Shown: positions 20,701 to 31,272, counted from the first letter of the stretch. The stretch is 64,000 nt of DNA from Candidatus Poribacteria bacterium (GCA_965116925.1 OZ220744.1:3936001-4000000), one strand, 5' to 3'. Numbers and translations: made by a program. The notes: generated by a model from the sequence alone, not told the origin.

Positions 20701-21648
20701 TTAAGGATCGACAGGCATTACGCAACGAAAGCCAAAGTAACTGAGTGTGACCGCTGGCTCGCTGCTGTAGCGGTACGCGACACGAAGGATCTCCGGAGTG
20801 CTGTGCCACGACCCCCCGCGAAGTATGCGACGTTCTCTAATACTATTGAAGTTATCAGGCATCAAGAGTGTAATTCCGCCTGATACCGGGTTCTCTTTTG
20901 GACTGTTTTCGTAAAACTCTACATCCAATTCGTCTACACACCATTCCCATACGTTTCCAGCGATATCGTATAGCTCATAGCCATTTGGAGGATATAGCCC
21001 TACAGGAGCAGTTGTTTGGTAGCCGTCATCAGCGTTCGGATCTGACCAAGAATAGCTTGTATTCTTATCCGCGTAGTTGCATTGACTTCCATCAGGCTCA
21101 TCATCTCCCCACGGATACCGTTCCCTGACCTGCCCACCGCGGGCGGCTTTCTCCCACTCCGCTTCGGTCGGTAGGCGCTTGCCTGCCCACTGGGCATACG
21201 CCGATGCACCGTACCAACTCACTTCAACCACGGCATACTCTTCAAACCCCGCCTTTGCTCGGTATTGCCCCCCAACCGATTCGATCATCTCATCACCGTC
21301 GCCGATATCCAACCAGATATGACCGGTATCCCCCACATGCTTTCCCATCGCATTGAGGAATTTCGCATACATTGCGTTGGTTACTTCGTAGACATCAATA
21401 TAGAAATCGTCGACGAAAACGGTGTGGACGGGGCGCTCGTAGGTAGTACCTTCGTTGAAGGGATCGCCCATCTCAAACTCCCCAGCAGGAATCAGCACCA
21501 TCTCCGCATTGTCGTTACCCACAATTTTATCGGGATGGTCTCCATTCTCTTGCTCATCATCACTTCCACAGCCTAACGATAGTAAAGCGAGCAAAATGAA
21601 AAGTAATTCCATACTATACGCAGATTTTCGACGAGAATCTTCGCGCAT
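20701..21648 (-). CDS. FGE-sulfatase (SUMF1) domain lipoprotein
   Basis: Lipobox LSLGC, LIPAGEFEMG, RLPTEAEWEKAARGG, GNVWEW, RGGSW, GFRC; ATG 21648 with G-rich RBS. Confidence 0.9.
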   Translation of the reverse strand: MREDSRRKSAYSMELLFILLALLSLGCGSDDEQENGDHPDKIVGNDNAEMVLIPAGEFEMGDPFNEGTTYERPVHTVFVDDFYIDVYEVTNAMYAKFLNAMGKHVGDTGHIWLDIGDGDEMIESVGGQYRAKAGFEEYAVVEVSWYGASAYAQWAGKRLPTEAEWEKAARGGQVRERYPWGDDEPDGSQCNYADKNTSYSWSDPNADDGYQTTAPVGLYPPNGYELYDIAGNVWEWCVDELDVEFYENSPKENPVSGGITLLMPDNFNSIRERRILRGGSWHSTPEILRVAYRYSSEPAVTLSYFGFRCVMPVDP

Positions 21649-21970
21649 TAAACTGCCCCCCTGTGAAATTAGTTTTGACTGGCATGTTGAGGTATGAAGC
21701 CCACCCTTCAATGAAACAAAGAGCAAGTGATTCTTAGGGGTAAGCGGATGTTGTGATGCTAGGAAGGAATTGCACTCCCTAGCGACTATTGATAGGCACA
21801 ACTTCAAGGAGCAGCAATACAGTCTAATCTCATCGGACGGGCACCACCATCGGTTTCGGTAAGTCCTGATTCTGCGAAATCGTGCCGATCTTCACGGAAT
21901 GGTAGTGTCACAATGACGTAAGTTTTCAGTTTCAGAAAACCTACGCCATCGGAATTGAAACTCTACTTGG

Positions 21971-22747
21971 TTAGTTAAATTGTGGGATCAAAGCGCCTTC
22001 ACCAAAAATAGTGGGGAGCGGCTGACCATCGTTTGTCCTAGCCGCGGCATCTATATAAGCGACGCTGAATGCCCGCCGCGGCAAACCGGTATCATTCACC
22101 GCGGAAGTGTGAATTAGGTTGACGTGCAGCAATACCCCTTCACCCGGCTCTAATTCAAGGGTGATGGGATCCGCCACTGCGAAGAGAACTTCCAACTGTT
22201 CTTCTGTTGGGAAGTTTCCTTCATAGATACGGTGATGAGATTTTGGAATTACCCTGAGACAGCCACTATCAAGGGTCGCAGGATCGAGCGCCGCCCAGAT
22301 GATAATGTCTGAAAATTTGTCAAGGTTCCGAAATACATCCTGATGCCAAGGAAGGTGAGTTCCTGTGTCCGCCGGTTTATTCATAAACATTGCACGCGGG
22401 GTAGCAATCGAGGTAGAGGGACCATAGGCTCTGGCGCAAATGTCCCGGAAAGCAGGTTTTTGCATATACGACAGGAAGAATGGGTCAAGCTCAAGTTCCG
22501 TAATCTTACGGTAGTTTAACGTCGGACCTTTGTGTCCCTTGGTCATTGGCTCCATCTTACTGTAGTCAGCAGTCTTACCATCAATTTGCATCATTATCTG
22601 GTCATAGGGGAGTTGGGCTTTGCCCATCATGATGTCATCAATGCGCTTCTGCAAAGTATCGAGTTCTTCATCGTCCATCACTCTACCGAGGCGGAGATAG
22701 CCTTCCTCCTCGAATTGCTGCCATTGGCTATCATTGATTGGTTGCAT
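21971..22747 (-). CDS. Phytanoyl-CoA dioxygenase (PhyH) family protein
   Basis: FEEEGYL, PWHQD, IPKSH, IHTSAVN, RRA. Confidence 0.9.
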   Translation of the reverse strand: MQPINDSQWQQFEEEGYLRLGRVMDDEELDTLQKRIDDIMMGKAQLPYDQIMMQIDGKTADYSKMEPMTKGHKGPTLNYRKITELELDPFFLSYMQKPAFRDICARAYGPSTSIATPRAMFMNKPADTGTHLPWHQDVFRNLDKFSDIIIWAALDPATLDSGCLRVIPKSHHRIYEGNFPTEEQLEVLFAVADPITLELEPGEGVLLHVNLIHTSAVNDTGLPRRAFSVAYIDAAARTNDGQPLPTIFGEGALIPQFN

Positions 22748-22818
22748 AATTTGGCAATCCTCCTAATTTTAACATCGTCAAAGTTTTAGTTCATTAATAA
22801 ACTAGTGAGCTAATGAAC

Positions 22819-22957
22819 TATGGTAGATTTTAGAATTACTTAGACAGTTCCAATGCAGATGTACAGATTGGGAAATCTGTACCCACAAACAACCCCCTAA
22901 ATCCCCCTTGTCAGGGGGACTTTGGCAAATGTTCACTTATTTGTCTAATTCACCATA
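22819..22957. mobile_element. MITE family A variant
   Basis: TATGGTAGATTTTAGAATT...AATTCACCATA enclosing GTACAGATTGGGAAATCTGTACCCAC and CCCCCTTGTCAGGGGG. Confidence 0.7.
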
Positions 22958-22969
22958 AATCGGTTGTTA

Positions 22970-24775
22970 TCACTTATCTGACTGCTCTGGAATTCGGTCA
23001 AAATATATTTTGAGTTTCGCCTTATTACGGAGTTGAGTGTGCAGTTTAGCCGTAAGTGCATTACGCATTTCCGTTTGGGCATCCGCTGTTACTATCCGCC
23101 GCACCTCTGAGTCGTCAAGCGTTTTTTGGACTGCTGGATTATGTTCTTCTTTTCGGAAAATTGTATAGTATTCTCTGCCTTGAAAGCTGACAGTCATGAT
23201 ATCATCAACAGTCTGTCCCACTTCCATTGCAAAAGCGGCGTCAGTAAAGGCTTGCTGCTCTTTCGGGAAGGTATCGTGGGTCAGGTAACCGGTATCGCCG
23301 GGGTTGAGGGGATCCGCTCCGGGACCGGTCAATTCTCCGGTATCTGACAACTCCTTCGCGACTTCGATCATGTCTTTGCCCGATTGAATTGACTCAAAAA
23401 CCTCCTTCGCACGGTCACTGTCCCTAAGCGTGATACAGGTTAGCCGTACCTGTTCCTCTTCGGCGAATTCGCTTTTGCGCGCTTCATAGCTGGCTTGTAT
23501 ATCTTCCTCTGTCACTTCGACTTTCTCTTCAACTTCGATTTTCCAGAGTTTATTGGCTAGCATCGTGTGGAGATACCTTCGGTTTTTTCTCTGGATTTCT
23601 GGTTCGTCTCCGAGTTTTCGAGCTTTGGCGAGACAGAGTATTAAGCGACCTTCTGCCATCAGGGTTACGTATTCTTCAAGGCGCGCTTTGTCTTTATAGC
23701 GCTCAGGTGTATACTCTGAGAGTTCGCGAATGTCCTGTATCATTTCAGCAAGCGTAATCTGCTGCTTTCCGTTGCAATCAAACTCTGCAATGACAATATT
23801 TTCCGCGTTTGTCACCGATTCCTCTTGATCCAGCACTGTTTCAGGAACCCGTTCGGGGTAGGTTTTCAGTTCACTTGTCGAGGTGACTTCTGCCACCCAT
23901 TCAATAATTCGCTGCCGTTTTTTCTCACGCTTAACGGAGGGTTCAATATAGTCTCTGACCTCCTCAAAATCCGCTATCCGTTCCGGTAGGTGTTCCTCCT
24001 TGCGGAAAATGAGGTAGTACGTTTCGTGATCCATCTCAAGTTCAAGGATCTCTTCCGTGATTTCGCCGATTTCCATGTCAAAAGCGGCATCAACAAAAAC
24101 CTGCCAGTCTTGGGATTCATCTTTGGTAAAGAGCCCTGTGTTCCCCGGATCTGTCTTGTTGCTACCAGGACCAAACAATTTTTCTTTTTCTGACAGTTCT
24201 TTTGCCAGTTCACTGATGTCTACTCCAGCTTTGATTTGTGCCAATGCCTCCTGTGCAAGCGTTTTTTCCAAGACACTGAGGCAGGTTACTCGTGCTGCTG
24301 CCTCTTCGACGTATTCTGATTTGTGTTCCTCGTAATACTGCCGCCGGTCCTCGTCCGTGGGAGAGACCTTTTCATCGACTTCAATCAGCGTCAGGCGCTC
24401 GATTAAGAGCGTGTGTTTGTATTCCCGCGCCTTCTTGACTATCTCTTCATCTTTATTCAACTCTTTATCTATTGCTGCGAGGACTTTCAACTTCTCGTCA
24501 ATGAACTCTGGTAGATATTCTGTTTTGCCGGCTTTGCTTGCGTAGTTTTCCTGCTGAAAAATTGACAATTCTCCAATCGCCGCCTTGAAATCCGCAAGCG
24601 AAATCTCGATTTTTTTGCCGTTCCATTGATATTCAGCCAAGATGATCTGACTTTCATCGACAGATGCCGACTCGTCGGGATCGGTAACAGGATCTGTTTG
24701 CTGCGATTGAGCAATCTGCCAACCCGCTATGTTGATTGCGACAAGGGCAGTCAACATAATCAATGCTTTTTTCAT
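22970..24775 (-). CDS. Exported PrsA/SurA-like foldase with two tandem parvulin-like modules
   Basis: Signal peptide; two similar halves (YEEHKSEYVEE / YEARKSEFAEE; PGNTG / PGDTG; F.DAAF.ME.G). Confidence 0.8.
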   Translation of the reverse strand: MKKALIMLTALVAINIAGWQIAQSQQTDPVTDPDESASVDESQIILAEYQWNGKKIEISLADFKAAIGELSIFQQENYASKAGKTEYLPEFIDEKLKVLAAIDKELNKDEEIVKKAREYKHTLLIERLTLIEVDEKVSPTDEDRRQYYEEHKSEYVEEAAARVTCLSVLEKTLAQEALAQIKAGVDISELAKELSEKEKLFGPGSNKTDPGNTGLFTKDESQDWQVFVDAAFDMEIGEITEEILELEMDHETYYLIFRKEEHLPERIADFEEVRDYIEPSVKREKKRQRIIEWVAEVTSTSELKTYPERVPETVLDQEESVTNAENIVIAEFDCNGKQQITLAEMIQDIRELSEYTPERYKDKARLEEYVTLMAEGRLILCLAKARKLGDEPEIQRKNRRYLHTMLANKLWKIEVEEKVEVTEEDIQASYEARKSEFAEEEQVRLTCITLRDSDRAKEVFESIQSGKDMIEVAKELSDTGELTGPGADPLNPGDTGYLTHDTFPKEQQAFTDAAFAMEVGQTVDDIMTVSFQGREYYTIFRKEEHNPAVQKTLDDSEVRRIVTADAQTEMRNALTAKLHTQLRNKAKLKIYFDRIPEQSDK

Positions 24776-24802
24776 CCGCAGATTTCTCCCCTAGCAGATA
24801 AA

Positions 24803-24857
24803 AAATTGCGGTGAGAAGTCTGCACGAATGAATTCGGCAAATTCCTCACCGCAATTT
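24803..24857 (-). terminator. 13-bp inverted repeat between LamG gene and foldase gene
   Basis: AAATTGCGGTGAG ... CTCACCGCAATTT with T-run on the minus strand. Confidence 0.4.
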
Positions 24858-24957
24858 GTTGTGAAAACGAACCCAAAATTCAGTCCGCTTTCCTACTGTT
24901 TGCATATCTTTTTAAATGTAAGATTTAGACGATGGAAAAATCTCTAACGCTGCCTCA

Positions 24958-25758
24958 TTAATTCCTAGAAGCTTTGAGACTCCCCCAAGTGAGAGGAAGT
25001 TTCCCCTTCGATTCAACCGCTAAAAACTGTCCGTCCATCAACAGTTGAAGTTCGTCGTTTGTCAAATTTCGCTTCATCAGGAAAAGTTCATCGAACTCTC
25101 CATCCCAGAAACGTTCCTCTTTAAACCGACCAATTTCCAAATTGGCGGGGGTATTAGCGGAACCGGGTGCTGAACCCGCGTCATCCTTATGGTCTAGTTT
25201 GCCATCAATAAACAGCGAGACTGTTTCTTTGTTTGTACGCATGGAGGCGACGTGATGCCATACGTCATCGGCGATCTCAGTTTTGCTAGGAATCTCAGCA
25301 CCGAAGCCGACGGGTGCAGGTATATGATAGCGGGTGAAGAGCAACTTATCCCTTAGCTTGATATACCAGCCCCCGCCATCCCATTTGATATAAACAAAGC
25401 CCTGACCTACCTCTTTGCCAGTCTTAACCCAAGCAGCGAGGGTGGTATCAGATTCGCCGAGATCCAAAGCTGGAACATCTGCTACAAATGCCGACTGCTC
25501 TTTCCCGTCTATAAATGAAAGGCAGGTTCCAAATTTTTTATCTACGGAATCCACCCATGCTGGCCCTCCTTCAATCTCCCCCTCCAGTTTGTTGGGACCG
25601 AGGTCTTTTATTATATCCCCCTTGCCTTCATCCAGAGGGAAGTAGAATACGAGGAGCGGGTCATCCAATTGGATCTGGCTATATCCTAAGGTTGGCAACA
25701 AGCCTATCAAAAAGATAAAGACCAGAGTGCTGATTGGAAATCTCTTCAACCTTTGCAT
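24958..25758 (-). CDS. Secreted LamG-like jellyroll protein
   Basis: Signal peptide, YFPLDEGKG, WHHVA, LFIDGKL, GEFDEL, tail LAVESKGKLPLTWGSLK. Confidence 0.88.
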   Translation of the reverse strand: MQRLKRFPISTLVFIFLIGLLPTLGYSQIQLDDPLLVFYFPLDEGKGDIIKDLGPNKLEGEIEGGPAWVDSVDKKFGTCLSFIDGKEQSAFVADVPALDLGESDTTLAAWVKTGKEVGQGFVYIKWDGGGWYIKLRDKLLFTRYHIPAPVGFGAEIPSKTEIADDVWHHVASMRTNKETVSLFIDGKLDHKDDAGSAPGSANTPANLEIGRFKEERFWDGEFDELFLMKRNLTNDELQLLMDGQFLAVESKGKLPLTWGSLKASRN

Positions 25759-25938
25759 TTAAATATCCTCCTGTTTGCGGTTATTACAGAAATTTGCATC
25801 GTGCCGACACATTGTCTGCACGAATGGCGACTCGCTTGCGAATCTCATTGACCAACTGAAGTTATGCTGACGAATCAGAACTGCTGCGAATCTGCTCACT
25901 TCATTGCAAATCTCTGCAGATTATTGCATCATGAATCT

Positions 25939-26016
25939 ATTATAATACTAAAAAAAAAATATGTCGATCTAAAATTTAATTTTTTCTTGACATGTATTTA
26001 ATGGATATGATACGAT
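25939..26016. promoter_or_regulatory. Divergent sigma70 promoters
   Basis: Minus: TCGACA-17-TATAAT (25967-25939); plus: TTGACA-18-TACGAT with TG extension (25987-26016). Confidence 0.6.
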
Positions 26017-26083
26017 GATTTTAATTTTTTTAGGGCGGTTAAACTGGAATGGATTGTCGGATTTTGAAAAGGAGCGATTGAGA

Positions 26084-26950
26084 ATGAAAACGTTTATTTG
26101 GGCGAGTTTGATCGCCACGTTTCTGTTTATAACGGTTCTCTCTGCACCGGCTGCGATAGATCCGAACATGCTTCTGTGGTTCTCGTTTGATGAGCAGCTT
26201 GATGGGAAGCAGATAGAAGACTTGACCGGTGGGGGCAACAATGGAAAACTCAAATTGGGTGCCAAGATCACCGATGTGCCTGAAGAGATATACAAGGGTA
26301 CAGGGGCGGTTAAATTCACTAACATCAGTGCTCAGGTCCGTGTCGAACCCTTTAAGAGAATGAATGAGTATAAGGATAACACCTATACCTTCTGGATCTA
26401 TATCTTAGGTAACACCGCTAAGCCTTGGAATTGGGAACATTGCGGTGGAAAATGTGGAGAAGGTAGGGCAAGCATTCTGGAAAAGGGCAGAGTGCTAGAG
26501 GGCAATGTCAAAGGTTGGGCACCAGGCATCTTGCTTCAGGAAGATCCGTTATCCCTTATCTATCAATTTGAAGACAAAGGAGGTGGCGGGGTCCAAGGGG
26601 CTATAGGTGCCAAGGAAATAGTCGGTCCTGGTGGCAAAGGCACTGCGTTTGAGTTTAAGAAGTGGTATTATATCGCGGGTGTTAAAAAGGCAAACGAGTT
26701 GATAATCTATATCAACGGCAAGGAACAAGGCAGATACGATGTCCCAAGAGATTTCGTTCAGGGCGAGGCGTTACTGCGCCTTGGTGGTACGCGGGAACGC
26801 TCTGCCAATTTCGTTATGGATGAGTTTTCTCTTTACGATCGCGCCTTAACCGAAGACGAGGTAGCGTTGGACGCCAAAGGCATACTTCTATCGGTTGAAC
26901 CCGAAAGGAGAGTGACAACCACTTGGGGCGATATTAAAACCAATCGTTAA
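26084..26950 (+). CDS. Secreted LamG protein, array copy 1
   Basis: RBS AAGGAG; DPNML.WFSFDE, KWYYIAGV, MDEF.LYDRAL, TTTWG tail. Confidence 0.88.
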   Translation: MKTFIWASLIATFLFITVLSAPAAIDPNMLLWFSFDEQLDGKQIEDLTGGGNNGKLKLGAKITDVPEEIYKGTGAVKFTNISAQVRVEPFKRMNEYKDNTYTFWIYILGNTAKPWNWEHCGGKCGEGRASILEKGRVLEGNVKGWAPGILLQEDPLSLIYQFEDKGGGGVQGAIGAKEIVGPGGKGTAFEFKKWYYIAGVKKANELIIYINGKEQGRYDVPRDFVQGEALLRLGGTRERSANFVMDEFSLYDRALTEDEVALDAKGILLSVEPERRVTTTWGDIKTNR

Positions 26951-27049
26951 CCGATGGGGCTGCTGATAATACTACAATAACTAGCTTAAGTTGAATGCTA
27001 TTCAACCTAAACCGGAAAACCTAAACCGGAATAAAAGGAGGAATTAAAA

Positions 27050-27868
27050 ATGAGAACGTTTATTGGGTTCAGTTTCCTTATTACCTTTGTAGCCGTGACG
27101 GTTTACTCTGCTCCGGCGGCGATAGATCCGAATATGATTTTGTATTTCGCATTTGATGAGCAGCTCGATGGTAGAAAGGTTGAAGACCTGACCGGCGGCG
27201 GGAACGATGGGAAACTCAAGCTAGGTGCCAAAATTACTAACGAACCCGCAGAGGTGTACAAAGGAGCAGGGGCGTTAAAAATTTTCAACAATATCAGTGC
27301 TCAAGTTCTCGTTGAGTCTTTTAAGGAAATGGATAGCTATAAAGACAATACCTACACTTTTTGGCTCTATCTATATAGCGTCAGAAATGATCCGTGTTGT
27401 GCAGTGGAAAGCATCTTCAAAAAAGCCAATGTTATGGACGCTGCTGACAAGGGGAGCGCGCCGGGTGTTTTTATAACCGATCCAGGGCTATCTCTGGTAT
27501 ATAAATTTACCGACCAAGGGGCTATTGAGGGTGAGGCGGTCGGTCCCGGCGGCAAGGGTTTACAGTTTGAACTGAAAAAATGGTATCACATCGCGGGTGT
27601 CAAACAGGCAACAAGCCTGACAATCTATATCGATGGCAAAGAGGAAGCTAGATATAAGGTTCAACGCGATTTTGTCCAAGGCAAGGGGCACCTTCGCATC
27701 GGTGGAACGCGGCAGCGGGCAGCCTCTTTTGCCATGGATGAGTTTGGACTTTATAACCGCGCCTTGACCGAACAAGAGGTAAAGATGGATTCCAAAGGTA
27801 TATTTCTGTCGGTCGAGCCTGAAACAAAATTGACTACCACTTGGGGACAGCTCAAAACGGGGCGGTAA
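27050..27868 (+). CDS. Secreted LamG protein, array copy 2
   Basis: Paralog; RBS AAGGAGG. Confidence 0.9.
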   Translation: MRTFIGFSFLITFVAVTVYSAPAAIDPNMILYFAFDEQLDGRKVEDLTGGGNDGKLKLGAKITNEPAEVYKGAGALKIFNNISAQVLVESFKEMDSYKDNTYTFWLYLYSVRNDPCCAVESIFKKANVMDAADKGSAPGVFITDPGLSLVYKFTDQGAIEGEAVGPGGKGLQFELKKWYHIAGVKQATSLTIYIDGKEEARYKVQRDFVQGKGHLRIGGTRQRAASFAMDEFGLYNRALTEQEVKMDSKGIFLSVEPETKLTTTWGQLKTGR

Positions 27869-28058
27869 CCGATGGAATTTGAGGAGCTATTGGGTATGTG
27901 CTAGTCCTTGCTTACGCTTATCCATATTACGTGGACAGGGAACTTCAGATTATTTCAACTACCGGGAAGATTTTGGGGGGCACTCCCGATTTATTGGGGG
28001 TGAAAAATGTTGCAATAGTTGGTTGATTATTCAGCCTAAATCAGTATAAAAGGAGGAA

Positions 28059-28883
28059 TTGAAAATGAGAACGCTTATTACGGTAAGTTTCGTTACCACG
28101 TTTTTTTTCATGACGGTTCTCTCTGCACCAGCGGCTATAGATCCGAACATGATTTTGTATTTCGCATTTGATGAACAGCTCGATGGAAAGATGGTCGCGG
28201 ACCTGACCGGCGGCGGTAACGATGGGAAACTCAAGTTGGGTGCCAAAATTGCCAACGATCCCGCGGAGATTTACAAAGGAACAGGGGCATTAAAAATTTT
28301 CAACAACATTAGTGCTCAGTTCCTCGTCGAGTCCTTTAAGGAGATGGACAGCTATAAAGAGAATACATACACCTTTTGGCTCTATCTTTTCGGTGTCAGA
28401 AATGAGGCGTGTTGTCCAGAGGAGATTATTTTGCAAAAAGCCAACATTTTAGTTGGTGATGCGAAAGGGAACTCGCCAGCCATCTTTGTGACCGATCCGG
28501 GACTCACACTGACATATAAATTTGGCGACCAAGGGGCTGTACCGGGCGACGGGGTTGGTCCCGGCGGCAAGGGTGAGAAGTTTGAACTGAAAAAGTGGTA
28601 TCACATCGCGGGGGTCAAAAAGGCATCAGATCTAATAATCTACATTGACGGCGAAGAAGCAGCTAGATATGCTGTCAAACGAGATTTCATCCAAGGTAAG
28701 GGGCATCTTCGTATCGGTGGATCTCGAATTCGAGCCGCTTCTTTTCTGATGGATGAGTTCGGGCTTTATAACCGTCCCTTAACTGAAAAAGAGGTTGAGA
28801 TGGATTCCAAGGGCCAATTCCTGTCGGTCGAGCCTGAGACAAAATTGACTACCACCTGGGGGCATCTTAAAACAGGGCGGTAA
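28059..28883 (+). CDS. Secreted LamG protein, array copy 3
   Basis: Paralog; RBS AAGGAGG; TTG 28059 or ATG 28065 start. Confidence 0.9.
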   Translation: MKMRTLITVSFVTTFFFMTVLSAPAAIDPNMILYFAFDEQLDGKMVADLTGGGNDGKLKLGAKIANDPAEIYKGTGALKIFNNISAQFLVESFKEMDSYKENTYTFWLYLFGVRNEACCPEEIILQKANILVGDAKGNSPAIFVTDPGLTLTYKFGDQGAVPGDGVGPGGKGEKFELKKWYHIAGVKKASDLIIYIDGEEAARYAVKRDFIQGKGHLRIGGSRIRAASFLMDEFGLYNRPLTEKEVEMDSKGQFLSVEPETKLTTTWGHLKTGR

Positions 28884-29009
28884 CCGATAGAACCCTGACA
28901 GACTCCGATAGTATATTAAGCAGGAGGTACTTTATTTTAGCCCCGACGGATCTTATCCTTCGGGGCTATATTATTTGAGACTGAGAATAGTCTTGGCTTG
29001 GGGAGATCG
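28881..29009 (+). repeat. ~130-bp intergenic direct repeat, copy 1
   Basis: Near-identical to 30271..30398; hairpin TAGCCCCGA...TCGGGGCTA. Confidence 0.85.
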
Positions 29010-29285
29010 GCGTGTTGACATTTTGAAACTGTTCATTCAACAAACGCTGTAATTATCAGGCAATCTGCCATAAGTAGCGCGAACTGTTAGTTTGCAAGCT
29101 GGGATCCCAATCTAACAAATCGTGGTACAAAAGGAGATTGTCGGTCGAGATTCATATCTCGCCAGAATATCCAGCGTGGCGTGCAACAAACCGGGTTGAT
29201 TAAGCCAAAACTATCGTGCGATGTGCTAGGGGGTGTCGATTTTGGAAAATCGACCTACAGAAATCTGAAGCTATCTCTAATGTGT

Positions 29286-29366
29286 AAAGGGTTGGGAGAC
29301 CCAACCCCTACGAAGGGCTCTAATGTGTGAACAAAGGGTTGGGAGACCCAACCCCTACGAAGGGCT
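29286..29366. repeat. Tandem pair of GTAG-type REP-like palindromes
   Basis: AAAGGGTTGGGAGACCCAACCCCTACGAAGGGCT twice, 13 nt apart. Confidence 0.8.
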
Positions 29367-29448
29367 ATGTGTCTGTGCACCCTCGTGATTGTCTGGTTAC
29401 AATAAAATGTCAACAGAACCTAGCTAAAGTTCAATATCAAGGGAGGAA

Positions 29449-30273
29449 TTGAAAATGAGAAGCCTTTTTGCGGTAAGTTGCATCACCATATTTCTGTTTA
29501 TGATGGTTCTTTCTGTCCCGGCGGCTATAGATCCAAACATGATTTTGTATTTCTCGTTTGATGAGCAGCTTGATGGAAAGATGGTAGAAGATCTGACCGG
29601 CGGCGGGAACAATGGAAAACTCAAGTTAGGTGCCAAAATCACCAACGAACCCGCGGAGGTATACAAAGGAGCCGGGGCACTAAAAATTTTCAACAACATC
29701 AGTGCCCAGTTCCGCGTAGACGAGTTTGACCGAATGAATAAGTATGGAGAGAACACCTTCACCTTTTGGCTCTATATATACGGTGTCAGAAAAGATCCAT
29801 GTTGTGTACAGGGAAGTGTTGTGGAAAAGGGCAACGTTATAGGGCAGGCTCACAAAGGTCACGCGCCAGCCATCTGGATTACCGATCCCGGTCTATCACT
29901 GGTATATAAATTTGGCGACCAAGGGGCGATAGGTGTTGAAGCGGTCGGTCCCGGCGGCAAGGGTGAGAAGTTTGAACTGAAGAAGTGGTATCATATCGCA
30001 GGTGTCAAACAGGGTGGCAGCCTGATAATCTACATTGACGGGAAAGAAGAAGCCAGATATAAGGTTGCCCGCGATTTCGTTCAGGGTAAGGGGCACCTTC
30101 GTATTGGCGCGACAAACATACGATCCGCTTCTTTTGCCATGGATGAGTTTGGGCTTTATGATCGTCCATTAACCGAACAAGAGGTCGAGTTGGATGCCAA
30201 GGGCATACTCCTATCGGTTGAGCCTGAAACAAAATTGACTACCACCTGGGGACATCTCAAAACAGGGCACTAA
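29449..30273 (+). CDS. Secreted LamG protein, array copy 4
   Basis: Paralog. Confidence 0.9.
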   Translation: MKMRSLFAVSCITIFLFMMVLSVPAAIDPNMILYFSFDEQLDGKMVEDLTGGGNNGKLKLGAKITNEPAEVYKGAGALKIFNNISAQFRVDEFDRMNKYGENTFTFWLYIYGVRKDPCCVQGSVVEKGNVIGQAHKGHAPAIWITDPGLSLVYKFGDQGAIGVEAVGPGGKGEKFELKKWYHIAGVKQGGSLIIYIDGKEEARYKVARDFVQGKGHLRIGATNIRSASFAMDEFGLYDRPLTEQEVELDAKGILLSVEPETKLTTTWGHLKTGH

Positions 30274-30398
30274 CCGCTAGAACCCTGATAGACTCTGATC
30301 GTATATTAAGCAGGAGGCGTTCTATTTAGCCCCGACGGATCTTATCCTTCGGGGCTATATTATTTGAGACTGAGAATAGTCTTGGCTTGGGTAGATCG
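30271..30398 (+). repeat. ~130-bp intergenic direct repeat, copy 2
   Basis: See 28881..29009. Confidence 0.85.
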
Positions 30399-30457
30399 CT
30401 GATGGGGCTATTGATGTGTGTAATTTAACTAGCTAAAGTTCAATATCAAGGGAGGAA

Positions 30458-31258
30458 TTGAAAATGAGAAGCCTTTTTGCGGTAAGTTTCATCACAATGT
30501 TTCTGTTCATGATGGTTATCTCTGCCCAAGCGGCTCTAGATCCCAATTTGATTCTGTATTTCACGTTTGAAGAGCAGCTGGATGGAAAGATGGTCGAAGA
30601 CATGACCGGCGGCGGCAACGACGGTAGGTTGCGGTTTGGTGCCAAAATCACCAACGAACCTGCGGAGGTCCACAAAGGGGTAGGTGCTCTAAAACTTTTC
30701 AACAACATCAGTGCACAACTTCGTGTGGAAGAGTTTGACCGAATGGATAAGTATGGAGATAACACCTACGCCTTTTGGATCTATATATTCAACCCCATGG
30801 GTGCACGATCAAGTATTTTGAAAAAGGCGAACATTTTAGTTGGTGAGGAAAAAGGGAGCGCACCGGGTATCTTTCTGACCCATCCCGATCTAGCACTTGA
30901 ATATAAATTTGACGACCAAGGAGCTCTTGGGGTCGGACCCGTCAAGGGTAAAGGTTTTGACATGGAGAAGTGGTATCACATCGTGGGTGTCAAAAAGGCA
31001 AGCGACCTTATCGTCTACATTAACGGCGAAAAAAAAGGCAATTTTAAGGTCAGACGAGACTTTATCCAAGGTAAGGGGCAACTTCGTATCGGCGGAACGA
31101 CGAGCCGAGCTGCCTCTTTCGCGATGGACGAGTTTCAGCTTTACGATCGTCCCTTGACCGAAAAAGAGGTGGCGGCAGTTTTTAAGGGGATATTCTTGTC
31201 GGTCAAGCCACAGGCCAAATTGACAACCACTTGGAGCCATATCAAAACTATCCGTTAA
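30458..31258 (+). CDS. Secreted LamG protein, array copy 5
   Basis: Paralog. Confidence 0.9.
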   Translation: MKMRSLFAVSFITMFLFMMVISAQAALDPNLILYFTFEEQLDGKMVEDMTGGGNDGRLRFGAKITNEPAEVHKGVGALKLFNNISAQLRVEEFDRMDKYGDNTYAFWIYIFNPMGARSSILKKANILVGEEKGSAPGIFLTHPDLALEYKFDDQGALGVGPVKGKGFDMEKWYHIVGVKKASDLIVYINGEKKGNFKVRRDFIQGKGQLRIGGTTSRAASFAMDEFQLYDRPLTEKEVAAVFKGIFLSVKPQAKLTTTWSHIKTIR

Positions 31259-31272
31259 AGGGGGAATTGAAA

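Noticed and set aside
29286..29366. CRISPR-like direct repeats (also 46132..46206)
   Set aside because: Only two units each, no regular spacer series, no cas genes; they are REP-like palindromes
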